Assembly: GCA_001662655.1 (NCBI GenBank)
Contig: KV460248.1
DNA: 64,000 nt
Source: Pseudogymnoascus verrucosus
Taxonomy: Eukaryota
Direction: 5' to 3' (one strand)
The notes beneath the pieces are model-generated. The model saw nothing but the letters and a program-made list of their open reading frames with translations. It did no database searches and was not told the DNA's origin. Positions within the stretch are counted from its first letter, which is position 1; each line of letters begins with the position of its first letter. This document shows, one piece after another, positions 34,801-47,617 of the stretch. Position numbers and translations under genes: made by a program.

Positions 34801-36207
34801 CAGGTCGAAAAACAGACCGAGGGTATTGCAACGACAGCGAGGAAATTAACAGTCAAGCGGAGCCAAACCTTAGCAAAGAGCTTGAGGTCGCCGCTTGGCG
34901 ACAGTGGAAACAGAACACCAGCCGAAAAGGTCCAGGATGGCCGCATATCCCGGTATGAGGTCATCAACAATATTCTTGACGAGACTCTACCCTTCATTAT
35001 CGCAGAACAGAATTTTGTTGTAGATTTTTTCCATATCTCCTCGTTCGAGACTCAAGACTTTGTCGAAGCTGTATCTTCTGTTCCTGCAGATGCACGACAT
35101 GGAGGCGACCTTAAGAAATTAAAGCTTATGGATCCAAACCGCGACTTCGCCAGAAAAGTTCTATCCTCGATGCAAGACGAGTATTCCTTTTTCACCAGTG
35201 ATATGCAACAATTGGTGGAATGGGCTATACGAGATGATCCATTGTAAGTTCATCGTTGTTCTTCAAAAGTATTTTTCTAACGTTTTAATAGGCAAGGAGT
35301 GGGTGTTATTGCAGTCATTGAGCGCAAACTCGTTGATATCGAAGAATCCAACCAAGAGTTCCTCGCACGATCCTTGCAGAAGATACACAGTGGCCTTGCA
35401 GGACTCTTTGTCAAATTTTTGGATGAGCAAATACGAGCCATCGAGGACACCAAAGTTAAGATCAAGAGGCGCAAGGGGGTCATCGGCTTCATCCGCATAT
35501 TCCCGCTTTTCTCTGTGATTATTGAGAATATGCTCGTGTCTGCCGACGACCTTGACATTCGCGAGACTGTTAACAATGCATACAACCGGATCAATAAGAC
35601 AATGTTTGAAAGTCTTAAGGTTATTGCTCGTGACAACACGGGAACTATGGAGACTGGAGCAGGGTCGGAGAACAAGGAAGAGCTTAATCACCAGATTCTC
35701 CTCATCGAGAACATGAACCATTATCTGGAAGAGGTGGACCCACGGAGGAATCATGTGCTGGAAGACTGGAAAGAGAAGGCAGGGCAGGAGTTTGATGAGC
35801 ATCTTGGGAAATACGTTACGGCAGTTATGTCACGTCCTCTCAAGCAACTTCTCCTGTTCCTCGACACAATCGAAACGACCATCCTTACCCTGCCACAGGG
35901 CAGTCCTCCGTCCACGATCGCCCAGAATTCACGGCAAAGCAGGATTGCATTCCAGCAGGTACTTGCAGAACACGACTCAAAGTATATACGGAACGGTATT
36001 ATAGCGCTGAAGAAGCGCGTGGAGAAGCATTTTGGCGATGCGGACGACCCAGGTCTGTCTCGAGCACTGGTTGCAAAGGTTCTAGAGGCTTGCGAGAACT
36101 ACTTTGAAGATGTTGAGAATAGAGTACGGGCTATTAGCACAGATGTCTATGATGGTGTTCCTGCGGTCGAATGGACCAAAAACGATATCAGTTCGACATT
36201 TAGATAG
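31828..36207 (+). CDS. SEC3: Exocyst complex component Sec3, 4 exons
   Basis: KFEDEKRRIVESCFSKKDPDGS|..ESYITHIRILED..GRVRMHKARENGNGTFSIGKTW (PH-like domain), ECEELDGLLTLYGVELG|..IAYIEAQSQGLQVQAANQKLL, and KEELNHQILLIENMNHY. Introns about 31970-32039, 34043-34089 and 35244-35291. Confidence 0.95.
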
Positions 36208-36749
36208 AGGTCGAGCCTATTTTGAGGGGAAGTACGAGTATGTGTGGGGGATTGGATGGGTTATAATGTTGTGCTTGAACGAACAGCCCGCGGCTACTGT
36301 TGCACTGTATTTTACCTGTACCGCACCGCGAGATGGACAATGTAATAATGAGTGAAACGTTATCATTTGAAAGCAATGTAGGAATGACGGAATATGTTGA
36401 TTTAATATGAGTATGTCCAGCGAAATCAGTTGTGAACAGGAGCAGACACCTCAGTCGAAGCTTCCAACTACATCAATAGAACAGAGTTGCTCCTCTCCAT
36501 CTTCCAATTACTCCACAACCCCGAGAGATTCTAAAGAGTGATATTTAGTTTTGGGCTCACCTGTGAAGGTTGGGTCTTGATGAAGATCTAATCTTTTACC
36601 CCGCGATCATCACAGCTATTACTTCCCCACATATAGCACAGGTAGCGTCGGTCACTCTTATCTTATCTGACGGATATTTGGGCTGACGCGCCGCGCTTTC
36701 GCGTTCAGTCACTGAGTGCAAAATATCAACCAACGATCAATAAACCACC

Positions 36750-37807
36750 ATGGCGCCCATTAACGAGGAGTTGTTTGATGAAGATGATACCCTTCTTATC
36801 AATCCATACGAGGTTCTCGGAATCGAGAAAACCGCGACAGCCAATGAAGTCAAATCCGCATACCGCAAAGCAGCGCTGAAGAACCATCCAGGTGCGTGTC
36901 ACGCTGCACTCAAAAAAGACTTTATTTCCTTGACACTTTGAACTCACCACCGCTCACCATTTCGTTACTGCACATGCTGACATCCCATCTAGACAAAGTC
37001 CCAGCCTCAGACAAAGAATCCGCAACCAAGACCTTCCAAACCATCGCCTTCGCCTACGCCGTCCTCTCCTCCCAAACGCGACGTGCCCACTACGACCGCA
37101 CCGGCTCTACCTCCGAAGCCATATCATCATCTGACGACTTCTCCTGGTCTTCCTTCTACCGCGCACAGTACGAAGATGTCGTCTCTGACGCGGCCATTGA
37201 GGCTTTCGCTGCAAAATACAAGAACTCGGAAGAGGAGAAGGACGATGTGCTTGCTGCTTACGAGAAGGGGAAGGGCGATATGGATGTAGTCTATGAGATG
37301 GTCATGCTGAGTAATGTGGTGGTGGACGACAAGAGGTTCAGGGAGATCATCAATGCTGCTATACAAGAGGAGAAGGTCGAGGCATACACCAAGTTTACGA
37401 AGGAGTCGGAGAGCTCGAAGAGGAAACGCACCAAAGCAGCTAAGGACGAGGCGAACGAAGCGATGGAGTGTGCGGAGGAGCTGGGGATCAAGGATAAGCT
37501 GTTTGGTGGGAAGAAATCTAAGAAGGACGATGGACAGGATGGATTGAAGGCGCTGATTATGAAGAGGCAGCAGGATCGCCAGGAGCAGGGTGAGGGGTTT
37601 TTGGATAGGTTGGCGGCGAAGTATGCGGAGCCGGAGAAGAAAAAGAAGGGCGGGAAGGGGAAGAAGAATAAGGCAGAAGTGGATGAGGGGCCAACCGAGG
37701 AAGAATTCCAAAAGGCCTCAGCACGGCTGGGGGGGAAGACCCGAGGCAAGACGGACGATGACGACAAGAATACCGAAGGAAGGAGGTCGAAAAGGGTAAA
37801 ACGGTGA
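36750..37807 (+). CDS. J-domain protein, DNAJC9-like histone co-chaperone, 2 exons
   Basis: NPYEVLGIEK..AYRKAALKNHP|DK (HPD motif split by an intron), YKNSEEEKDDVLAAYEKGKGDMD, and C-terminal LKALIMKRQQDR..FLDRLAAKY. Confidence 0.88.
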
Positions 37808-39587
37808 TAGCACTGGGGATGATAGTACAGGGTAGCTGAGCTCCGCTGTCATGCGGGAGGTGTGGCGGTGCATTATAGGGCGTTAAGTAGCGTTGAGGGA
37901 ATTGGCATTGGGGGCAGGGCATGGGGGGTGGATTCAAAGCCATCTGAGACGGCTTAACCCTACAGGTAAAGCCAAAGAGCTTTGCAGGAGCTAAGACTCA
38001 AGCTCTTTTTTATTGTTTCTAGCTTGGGAATATCTCTCTCATAGAGACTCGGGCTCAGGATAGGGACTTCAATTATTACATTTGCCCAAAATTGAGTCAA
38101 CGGCGGTGTTTATGTGTGAATGTGATGGGCTCTCTTAAACTTTCCCACCGTATAATCAACAACGGCTGGAACCATCGACTTCAACTACATCAGTATATAC
38201 GTGCATCTTGGCACACAAGTGGCGCAGAGGCTAACACTGTTATCTCATGCCAGCGTATTCTAGGGCAGTGTCTGCGCGATTTGTCCCTTGGACAGTGACG
38301 TGTATCACTGTTGAAACTACGCAACAAAATGGTGCTGCGCCACTCTTTCTCATATTGAGTGGTTGATTATGGATCACAGCGGTCCAGTGCAGTCCAGTGC
38401 TTCCAGTGCATGGCGTTAGCACTGTCTTTGCATGTGGTGATCCAATCTCGTCAATGAAAAGCCTCTTGGCAACGCAATATTGAGTTCAGCTCAACCTTAG
38501 ACTGGAGTACGCCAAGAATGTCAAGAAGGGACAAGCAGTGTGCTGCCGTCTCTACTTGCACTCGTGTCTGGTAGGTATGTTTGCGATGAGACACAAGTCT
38601 GTCTATGGTAGCAAATACACAGTTATAGTCGGTATAGCAGTATATCTTAGAGAGTGAGAATATTGTTTCCTATAACAGAGTTAAAGAAAGGCTGCTGTTG
38701 AAGGGTACAACTGATCTCACTGTGAGGTACATACATATTGCATGTACCTTTTCAACTATTTAACGTACGATACGAAGTAGCACCGGCGCGGATCGGGACC
38801 ACAGTGGTTCCACAGCCAATAAACATCCCCCAATTCTCTTGCCCAGGCTCTGGTCTAGTGCTTGCTGTGGAACTTCCCATACACCCAGTGCACCCAATGC
38901 ACCCACTGTACCCCCAGGCCAAGTCGTAAGTCCTCCTCCACCACCGCCTTGCACCACATTGACCACCTCAGGATCATCATTCGGACACAGACGCAGACAC
39001 CTTGAGAGAGAGCAAACTTGAACCACCACCTATTCGACTTCCTTGCCCTGCGCCCACAACTGAAGAACATCCATACACTCACCCCTAATACTCCCACAAA
39101 TCACAGATCTTCACAAGAAGAAATCCCCAGCCTCTCTCTTTCTCAGCTCTAGAGCTCACTCTCTGCGACAATACATAGCTATCCCGCCTACACAGAACCA
39201 GACACACGAAGAACCTGCCCAGATCTGCGCCTGTCGACACGTTCTCTTCCTGACTTTAATCGCTCAGTTTAACTGATCCTGGCCACCTTGTCAAGATTCA
39301 ACTTCTTCCGCTCCAGAAACGCTCGGCAGTTAGTTGACATGACCACAGCACTAGCTGTCACCCCGCATTACGCTTGAACCTTGGCCGCAATATGAAGCAT
39401 CTCGAACACTATCAATCACGATTCCCAAAGTTCATAAATAGATAGCATTACCCCGCAGGCAGGAGTTGCATTTGGCTCGTCTGCCTGAGAAACAGTTACA
39501 AGGCGCGCATACACGCCAGCGCTTCTCTTTCCCCGAAAGAAATATAAAAGGACCCGGTTGTCTCATATTCCAAGAGAATCTTCAGCC

Positions 39588-41727
39588 ATGGCGGGCCGAC
39601 CAACCATGTCCATGGAGGCGGCTCTGGATGAGGAGAGATTGGACGTCTTGGAGCTCCTGCAAGGGCTATCGAATAAACCCGCACGAGCGCCCAGAGGACC
39701 TGGTAGCCCTATGGGACCAGGACCAGCACCCCTCGGCCGGTCATCGTCGCCATATAATGCTCACCGTTCGCCGGTGAGGAGCATGCTAGACGTAGTGGAA
39801 GACCCCAGGCCGCGACATTCATCCATAGCAGGCACGAGTAGTAGCGGGGTCACACCAATTCGCAGCATGCTCGATATTGGGCCCCCCGCACCCCAAATCT
39901 CCAAGAGTGCAAGTACCTCTCCGACGGATAGCTTCTCTTCACTCACTCTACCCCCAAAGGGGCTTGCGGAGATCCCGCCGCACCAGCCCCAAGGCCGATA
40001 CAAGGGCGATGTCACGGATAGCTACCAGTTTTCGGGTTATCTGCAGAGCAACCCAGGCGCGCCGCTAGCCCCAAGAAGAAATACATTGGCTGGCAAGAAG
40101 GCGGCGCCTGCTCCCTTGGCTGAGGGTGTACGGGTCGACTTACCATACAGTGCCAGGGATAGAGTGCATGCTATGGGTACAACAGGCATTGGGTCAAGCA
40201 ACAAGTCTAGATCACCACATAACCGCCACAGCTTGCGCTCAAGTTCCCCTTCTCTTGGACCTCCTCCAACATCGAACATGCTGGTAATGGACAGCGGTGC
40301 AGTTGTTGATAAGGACAGCGCGTATAGACGCTTATCTGATGCCAACTTGGCTCGCGCGGGTGGAAGCTTCTCGGCCTTTACAAACAAGGTCCGAAGAAGA
40401 ACAGATAGCAATGATAAGAGGGACCAGCGACTGCAGAAAGATTATACATTTACTGGCGCTGAAGATGCCGTCGAAAGCAGCGACGAGGCTAGCACAGACG
40501 AAGACGGTCCAAGGGGCAGGAGGAGTGAGAAAAAACGACTTAGTAAAGGCGACGATCATCCTGAATCCAAGACTATAGGTATGGGTCGAGCACAGGGGCA
40601 AAGGACTGCTCGGAGTCTAATGGCTGCAGCGGAAGAAGAAAGGCAGATGATCGAAGACAAGCAACAATACAAAGTCAGATCACTTCTAGAGCCAGAGATC
40701 ACCATTACGGGGCCAGGTGGTGATCGACTCAAGGGTGCAGCGAAGCCAGGAGTTCATCCAACGAACGCGTTTGATCATGAAGGCGGCTCAGGGCTAAACA
40801 CCCCTCATGATTCCGATACGGAACAGGAAATCTCTGACATAAGGCGTGCTCAGAGGCTGGCGATAAATCTCACTCCTATCACATCAACACCAGAGACACA
40901 GAGAAGCGTTAGGACTCTATTCCGTGGTGATTTTAATCAGATGCAAAAGGAAGCCGAGGAGCATCAGCGACGCGTGAGGAAATACTTGGTCGCGACCGAT
41001 CTTTCGGAGGAAGCCGCCCACGCTCTCGAGTGGACAGTAGGGACTGTTCTGCGTGATGGAGATACTCTCCTCGCCATTTATTGCGTGGATGAGGAGACAG
41101 GCGTCATCCCTGACACTAACATCGGGTCAACCGATACAGCGACAATGGAGAAACAAGCTGCCTCCATTGCGTCCGCGACCCACGCTATCCCCCCAAGCAT
41201 TTCGAGCTTCTCTACTATGTCTTCTCACTCTCACATCCCATCTCCACTGGGTACGCCGCGGACTGGCGTGTCTGCCTCACCTATGAGCCGCGATCGACCT
41301 CGCACTGAGCAGGAGCGCCACCGCGCTGTCGAGAATATCACAGAGCGAGTTTCGAAGCTGTTACGGAAGACGAAGCTGCAAGTACGCGTTGTTATTGAGG
41401 TTATCCATTGCAAGAGTCCGAAGCATTTGATTTGTGAAGTGATTGATTATTTCAACCCGACATTGGTTATTCTGGGAAGCAGGGGCAGAAGTGCGCTTAA
41501 AGGGTATGTAAATCCATTTCCACTATCTTATGGATGAGGATACTAACAGAACCAGTGTCATTCTGGGATCTTTCTCAAACTATCTTGTCACGAAATCTTC
41601 TGTGCCTGTCATGGTCGCTCGGAAACGCCTTCGGAAACATACCAAGTATAAACGGTCTCACGTACGGCTTGCAAACAACCTTACTGGTGTCAGTGGCAAG
41701 ACGTTGGCAAGTGCAAAGATTGATTGA
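39588..41727 (+). CDS. Universal stress protein (USP) domain protein with a long disordered N-terminus, 2 exons
   Basis: RKYLVATDLSEEAAHALEWTVGTVLRDGD..LVILGSRGRSALKG|VILGSFSNYLVTKSSVPVMVAR. Confidence 0.9.
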
Positions 41728-42091
41728 GGTATCGGTTTTAAGAGCCCGAATTGGATAACCTGATGGCCGGCAGAAACGAATGAGAAGCTTCGCGCGGAGT
41801 ATCGATACTTGCTGTCTACACGCATGTGTCCTGATAGCTAACGGGGACGCGGGTGGGTGGCAATCTTTGGGAGGCTACATTGCACAAAGCCCTAACATGA
41901 GGTGCTCGGCCAATTATAATAATATTGATCAAAGTACTCTCTCTCTATTCTGAATTTCACGGAAATTGTAATGGTGGCACGCAAACAAGCCTTTAATGAG
42001 GACACTTTAAACGTGGCTACGTAAGAATCCACATGACCCCCCTTTTCCTCCCCCTCCGCGTCCCACAGATCTAGAGTCTCTCCCCAACCAC

Positions 42092-42460
42092 TTAAACCTT
42101 ATAACAATCGGTCTGGTAAGAGCTAATCTGATTGTCCGCCCCAAAGTTACTCGTATCGGCAAACCTGTTCCTGCACCAGCTCTGGCCCCAGTTGGTACCC
42201 GTACAGCCTAGCCCTTGATACATGCTGATGCAGCAGCGGGTGGTGGGGTTCGTCTCGGAGTTGTCGGAGTACCACCGCACGGAGGAGATCTTGTTGTTCA
42301 AGCTGCCGACGCTGTGGCAGGCGGAGCCGGTGCCGCCGGGGCCGCTGGCGGTGATGGAGGGGCCTTGGCCGTCTTTGAGTTGGTAGAAGTAGACGCGCCA
42401 GGCGGTGGTGGTGGGGGCGAGGGTGAGGGCGGCGGCGGTGAGGAGGAGGGAGAGCTTCAT
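42092..42460 (-). CDS. Small secreted protein with beta/gamma-crystallin-type motifs, 6 Cys
   Basis: Signal peptide MKLSLLLTAAALTLAPTTTA. Two (N/D)(N/D)xxSS motifs, NNKISS and DNQISS, each preceded by a YxxxxxxG hairpin (FYQLKDGQG, MYQGLGCTG). TATA-like tract at 42591-42598. Confidence 0.8.
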   Translation of the reverse strand: MKLSLLLTAAALTLAPTTTAWRVYFYQLKDGQGPSITASGPGGTGSACHSVGSLNNKISSVRWYSDNSETNPTTRCCISMYQGLGCTGTNWGQSWCRNRFADTSNFGADNQISSYQTDCYKV

Positions 42461-42740
42461 TTTGGGTGCTGCTGAGGTTGGTTATGGGGAGGCTTGTTGG
42501 GAGGTGGGTTGGATTACTGACAGATTGTCGACTAAGAGGTTGGGATGGAGGTAGTTCTTTTGTTTTGGAAGCTGTAGATATCCAATTCTCATATATATCT
42601 ACGTTCGTTGACATCATATTTATATTCTTCTCAAGCCAACTTCGACTCTGAGCTTCACTACAGCGTGTTCTCATAATGACTCTCCATTGGTTAAATGAGC
42701 CATATCCATCTTGTAAACTCCTTCTGTATTCATCATGATA

Positions 42741-43055
42741 GCAAAAAATAAGCAGTAACTGTACATAGTCTGCACGAAGATATCGATAACTTCCTCGGCC
42801 TGTCTTAAAACCCGATTCCAGAGTCAGTGTTGCTGTTGAAGATTTGGTCAGTCAACGTATGGTAGGCACGTGCTATGGTACTCCCTATGTTTTCATAAGT
42901 GCAAGAATAAGCAGTAACTACGCATGGGCTAAAAGAAGAATCATTGGTTACTTTCCCAGCTTTCTCGGGTCTTTACATGACCCGATCCGCAGCTCATGAA
43001 CTCTTGGCTTGTCAACGCATGGCAAGAACGTGCTATGAAGACCCTATGCCATTCG
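42741..43055. repeat. Diverged ~160-bp tandem duplication
   Basis: GCAAAAAATAAGCAGTAACT..GTCAACGTATGGTAGGCACGTGCTATGG..CCCTATG (42741) versus GCAAGAATAAGCAGTAACT..GTCAACGCATGGCAAGAACGTGCTATGA..CCCTATG (42901). Confidence 0.8.
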
Positions 43056-43198
43056 TTGAAGAATTTTAGATTAGGGTAGTACCGATTTAAAGATAACGTT
43101 ATAGAATTTTGGGAGACGAGCTAGAAATGGAACGCTTGTTCCTGGGTATAAAGCGAGAGTAGATGGAAGGATGGGTCTTTTTAACATGTCAAAACAGC

Positions 43199-43207
43199 AA
43201 AAAAAAA
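43199..43207 (-). terminator. RNA polymerase III oligo-T terminator of the 5S gene
   Basis: Run of T on the minus strand immediately 3' of the 5S sequence. Confidence 0.9.
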
Positions 43208-43326
43208 ACATACAACAGTGGGTATTCGCTGGTGGTCACCCACCCAACTACTAATCCACCGATCTCAAGCTTGTGTATGGCAGAGCGGACGGGATGCCCA
43301 ATTCTCTTGAGTCTATGGTCGTATGT
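43208..43326 (-). rRNA. Dispersed 5S rRNA gene
   Basis: ACATACGACCATAGACTCAAGAGAATTGGGCATCCCGTCCGCTCTGCC..GGATTAGTAGTTGGGTGGGTGACCACCAGCGAATACCCACTGTTGTATGT, 119 nt with pairing ends. Confidence 0.97.
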
Positions 43327-43916
43327 GACCTTTGTGTAATGTGTTGAGACTTACATACTAGTGTGCTAGAGGGATGGTTTGAGGCTGGCGGGGGGACATT
43401 GTCCCTGCATCATAAATTCTGCCGTTCTAGTTGGAAATGATATACCTGCCTAATCTCATTTCCTAAAACCCTACTCTATAGGTCCCTCCTAGATACGAGA
43501 TGGCAGAGCGTGCGAGATGCCCGATTCTCTCAAATCTACAGTCGCATATGAGACTTACTTGCAGAGTTGGCTACAAGTACAGTTATGGAGTGAAAATAAC
43601 GGTGCTGCCTTACATAATAGGCGCCAACAATATTTATATGGAGAGATACAGGCACGTCACGTGCACATCGTTAGTAAATCTCTGTTTGGCGAAACTAGGG
43701 CCAAGCTCATTATACGCTAGCAAGCATCGACTACAAATATCGATATTTCACCAATCCTCTTCCTTTAACTTCACGTTCAGACCTACATTACTTCTTTGCT
43801 GTACAACAAAACCGCGACCCCGTTGCAATATGTGTTTCACTTCAGTGAAATACGGCGCGGCTAGCGATCAGCTGTATCGGCTTTAACTAATATCGCGACG
43901 CGATTAGCTTCACACT

Positions 43917-45100
43917 ATGGTATGTCATCTCAACTTTTACATTTACGTTGCCTTCACCTGGAAACAATCTTCAAATGATTATTATATACCAAACTAGAGT
44001 TTCTGCAGCCTTAGGGACTCGATATCCCAACTGGCGATGCTGATTTATGCATGTCAGAATGATGAAGACTACATCTATTTCATTGTGTTGGAAAACATTT
44101 GACGCTCGAGCTCAATGCTAACTTGCTGTCACAGATTTGCTACCATTTAGTGTTCCCAGAGATCTTCGCATTGATGGCTCCAGGTGCAGCAAAACTCAAT
44201 ATATGGTATGTACGATTTTTTATTTCTCGCTGTACCCAATTGTATGCTATGATGGCACTGTGTTTAACGCAGGAATTACCGACCGATAAGACCTCGTCTT
44301 TGTGGAAACAATGGCTAAAATTCTGAGCTTACTTCAAACTCTTCACTTTATTGATGTTGTTTTACCTTGAAACGGTTGCTAACCTCTTCAAAAGAAAGGT
44401 ACGAACTATTCGATCACACTCCACACCCACCTGCAATAGGATGAATCGGCACTGGGCTCCGACAGTCTCGACAAGATCGAGCTGGTTTATGACAGGAGAT
44501 GCCTCTTTGCGGCAAGACTTAGAAAACCTCGCCCACTGAACGCAGTCAACAACATGCTGTTTTACAAATATGTCATGAAGTTTTCATGCTGACATCTTCA
44601 GTGCTCCATTATCCAATGGCACACTTCAAGTTGCGAGCGAGGGATCAATTCATCCTTTCGGCTTGGTGCCAAATTGCTCCATGATGTAGGTACACGATTT
44701 TTTCTTCTTCTACAACCAATACATTTCCTACCTGATGAGCATTTTAGATGACGAGTCTGATCGCGGTTACGCATGTAGACACAAATCAAATTATACCATT
44801 CATGCCTTCTGAATTATTTTATCCCACGTATTGGTGGAAGATGTTTTAAGCAAGTCATGACAAGAAGCTAACACATATCTCAGAGGTTTTACATAACCAT
44901 TCATCTCGGGCAACATGGCCAGAGACATTCGTCCATGTGTATGTATACTCTTATTTCATTCAAGAGATCCAAGCATAGTGATGACTTCGACCGACAAATG
45001 ACAAGCATATGTCCAAGCTTCACAGCAACGACGAGACTGTCCGGACTGATTGTGCTCATCACGATTCTTTTGCGCAATGATTTCTTGTTGAATGGCTGCT
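43917..45100 (+). pseudogene. Possible decayed multi-exon gene of unknown family
   Basis: Repeated branch and acceptor signals on the + strand (GCTAAC..CAG at 44133, TTAACGCAG at 44272, GCTAAC..AAG at about 44394, GCTGAC..CAG at 44601, GCTAAC..CAG at 44883). GTATGT donors at 43920 and 44207. The intervening frames contain stops. Confidence 0.3.
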
Positions 45101-45842
45101 GAGAATCCTGTTTACAGTGACGTCTCTGGTCAAAAATACCACGCAGGAGCCGATTCTGTTTTACCATCTCACCATGTGTGAAAATTTGTAAGTTACCAAC
45201 GTCCAAATCTTGCGACTCGAATTGTTTTTTTTAAATGATGATATAATTATCACGACGGTCAACATAAGCCACTTGTTGGTATTGATGATATCGCCTGTGA
45301 CAGGGCAATTTAGATCTGATATCTCGACTATTTTTATTTTTTCAAATTTTTTCTCTTGGAAGACATAACTAATAGCTCTCGATAGTGAAAACATGAACAT
45401 CTGGCATACTGCTTATTATTTTTCATTGAGAACGTGGCCTTGAGCCACGACTTGAAGAAGATATGGGTTCGAAGCAGGATGAATGGATGGCATGGGAGCG
45501 ATCGACCTCTGCGATAAAACTGTTGAGGAAATTCAAACGGGCGAACAATCTTGACTGTATTGCTGTCTCGTCATGTGAACGTAGACATAAACCAGTATCG
45601 AATGCGGCACTTTACGGTCTATAGTATCTAAGCAGCCAAGTCGTGGGGAGACCGATTACACTTATCTCTTCATGTGCGAAATCCAATCATAGCTAAATGC
45701 TACTTAAGAGCCAAGGCAGACAATCCCATGGCGAAAAATGCTGGGGAGATAGTACTGCGGCAAACTTTCAGCCTCAGCTTCAAGCAGATATTAATATATA
45801 ATTGGTATCACAGCAGCTATCCAGAACATATATCTCGCCCCA

Positions 45843-47617
45843 TCAACCAAGCCTAACCTTCTTCCAGATCCCAATTGACTCCTGTAGATCTTTCGACAAC
45901 GAGCCGTCTATCGGTTCCACGGAACCATAAACCATAGCCAGCACCAAGCTCGCAAAAGCAAACACAACCAGCTTCTCCTTGAGCATCAGATAATCCGCTT
46001 TGCGTATCCCACCTCCCTCCACCCACCCTCTCCACGCATCCAATACCTCAGCCAAACCATTCGAAAAGTCTGGCTCGGTGAGCATCCTATGCAGCACAAC
46101 CTCCATAACCTCCGGAAGCTCCGCTTTCTCGGCAACATGGTTCTGCTCCTTGAGCCAACGAAGGGTATGTTCACCAACCAGCAGCGCCTTCCACTGCGGG
46201 CTCTGCAGCGCTTCAAGCATCCTCGTTTCCTCGCGCTGTACTGCAAGTCGGCGCCTCTGGTTGCTATCATCCACAAAGTCCTGGTGTTGCTTGAATTGCC
46301 TGTCTCGTACGGCAATGGCGCGTTTATCGGGGGTCATTGAGCTTTCTTGCCGCATTGCAGCCATGTTATCGCGCATTCGGCGCATTTGCAGGTCTCGCTC
46401 TTCAGCGACGGAATCGCTATGGTCGGTGTACCATTCGGGAGTTGAGATTATGGGAACCATTCCCAGCAGGACGAGGATGCCGCAGGGGATAATGGGGCTT
46501 CGAGAGAATGCTAGGAATGGAGGGGGGATGTGGTAGGACCACAGGACGGTATTGTTTGTAGTGCTGATGGCGGTGCTGATGCATGAGAAGTATGTGCCGG
46601 CGCTTGTAGGTGGCCCTGACGAGGAAGGGCGTAAATGAGATATGGAAAGAGACTCGAAATCCAAGGCTTCTTCTCTTAAGGCGGCGGCGATGCCACTTGA
46701 TATTATGTGGCACCGAACCACGTCAGTATGTGACACCGTATTACTACTGTACCTCTTCACAGCTTCTAAATCTTTATTGTCGCCAGGAATCAAGTCTCCT
46801 GATATAGCTTGTGGGAGCTCCAGATCCTACTCGTTTGTCAGTCACTGTCTTGATCCAATGGTATTTCATTACCACTTACTTCCTGATCAGCAGGCGCCTT
46901 TGTGGTAGCTGACAATCCATCTTCGGACATGCTCCCTTCCCCATCTTCCACGGGGTGTGCCTTCGCCCGTGGGGCCTTAACTTGTATCCAGTATGGTGGG
47001 AGCGATGTCTTCCCTCTCACAACCCACTGTCGCGACCACCTAACCGCCAACGAGAGCATTCCATCCGAGTCATCCAAAGGAGCAATCGTTAGCACAGCTT
47101 CATGGCGATCCGGGGATAGCATCAAAGGAGTCCCAATCGGAACCCATAACCCAGAAGTCCTAAGCATCTGAAACCCCGCAGCATTTGGAACCGCCCCTAG
47201 GTCAAGCAGATAGCTCAGCAGGTCCTCGAAGTTGATTTCAGCCTGTGGCTGACGCAGTTGGTCTGAATATTCGATTCGCTGGGTTTTGATGCCAATGGCA
47301 TGCATCTTCCAGTTGAATATCGTCCAGCTGCCGCCAGGGACGAGGCTGGGGTGTTCGTAGACATTCCAGTACTCCTCTGTATCATACTGGCGATTCAGGG
47401 GCGCTATACTGAAGCGCGCAAGCTCGCACTCAATGACATGATTTACCACATCGCCTCTTGTTATGCCCACCAGACGGGACTTTCGTAGTAGTCGTCTAAC
47501 CTTGGACAATGTTGCTAGCGTTATCACGGTGTTGTAGAGAATAGGGGCAACTCCGAGGACGGCGAGGGGCACACCGACATAGGTGATGATATCGGAAGCA
47601 GATGAATTGCCAGACAT
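45843..47617 (-). CDS. Conserved fungal hypothetical protein with an N-terminal membrane anchor, 2 exons
   Basis: SDIITYVGVPLAVLGVAPILY..GGSWTIFNW..LRQPQAEINFEDL. The GTAAGT..ACTGAC..TAG intron (about 46879-46827) joins both ORFs in frame; the protein ends WKKVRLG. Confidence 0.85.

Noticed and set aside
43100..43326. 5S-derived SINE (SINE3) hypothesis
   Set aside because: The 5S copy is full-length and ends directly in an oligo-T terminator, with no body, tail or target-site duplication.
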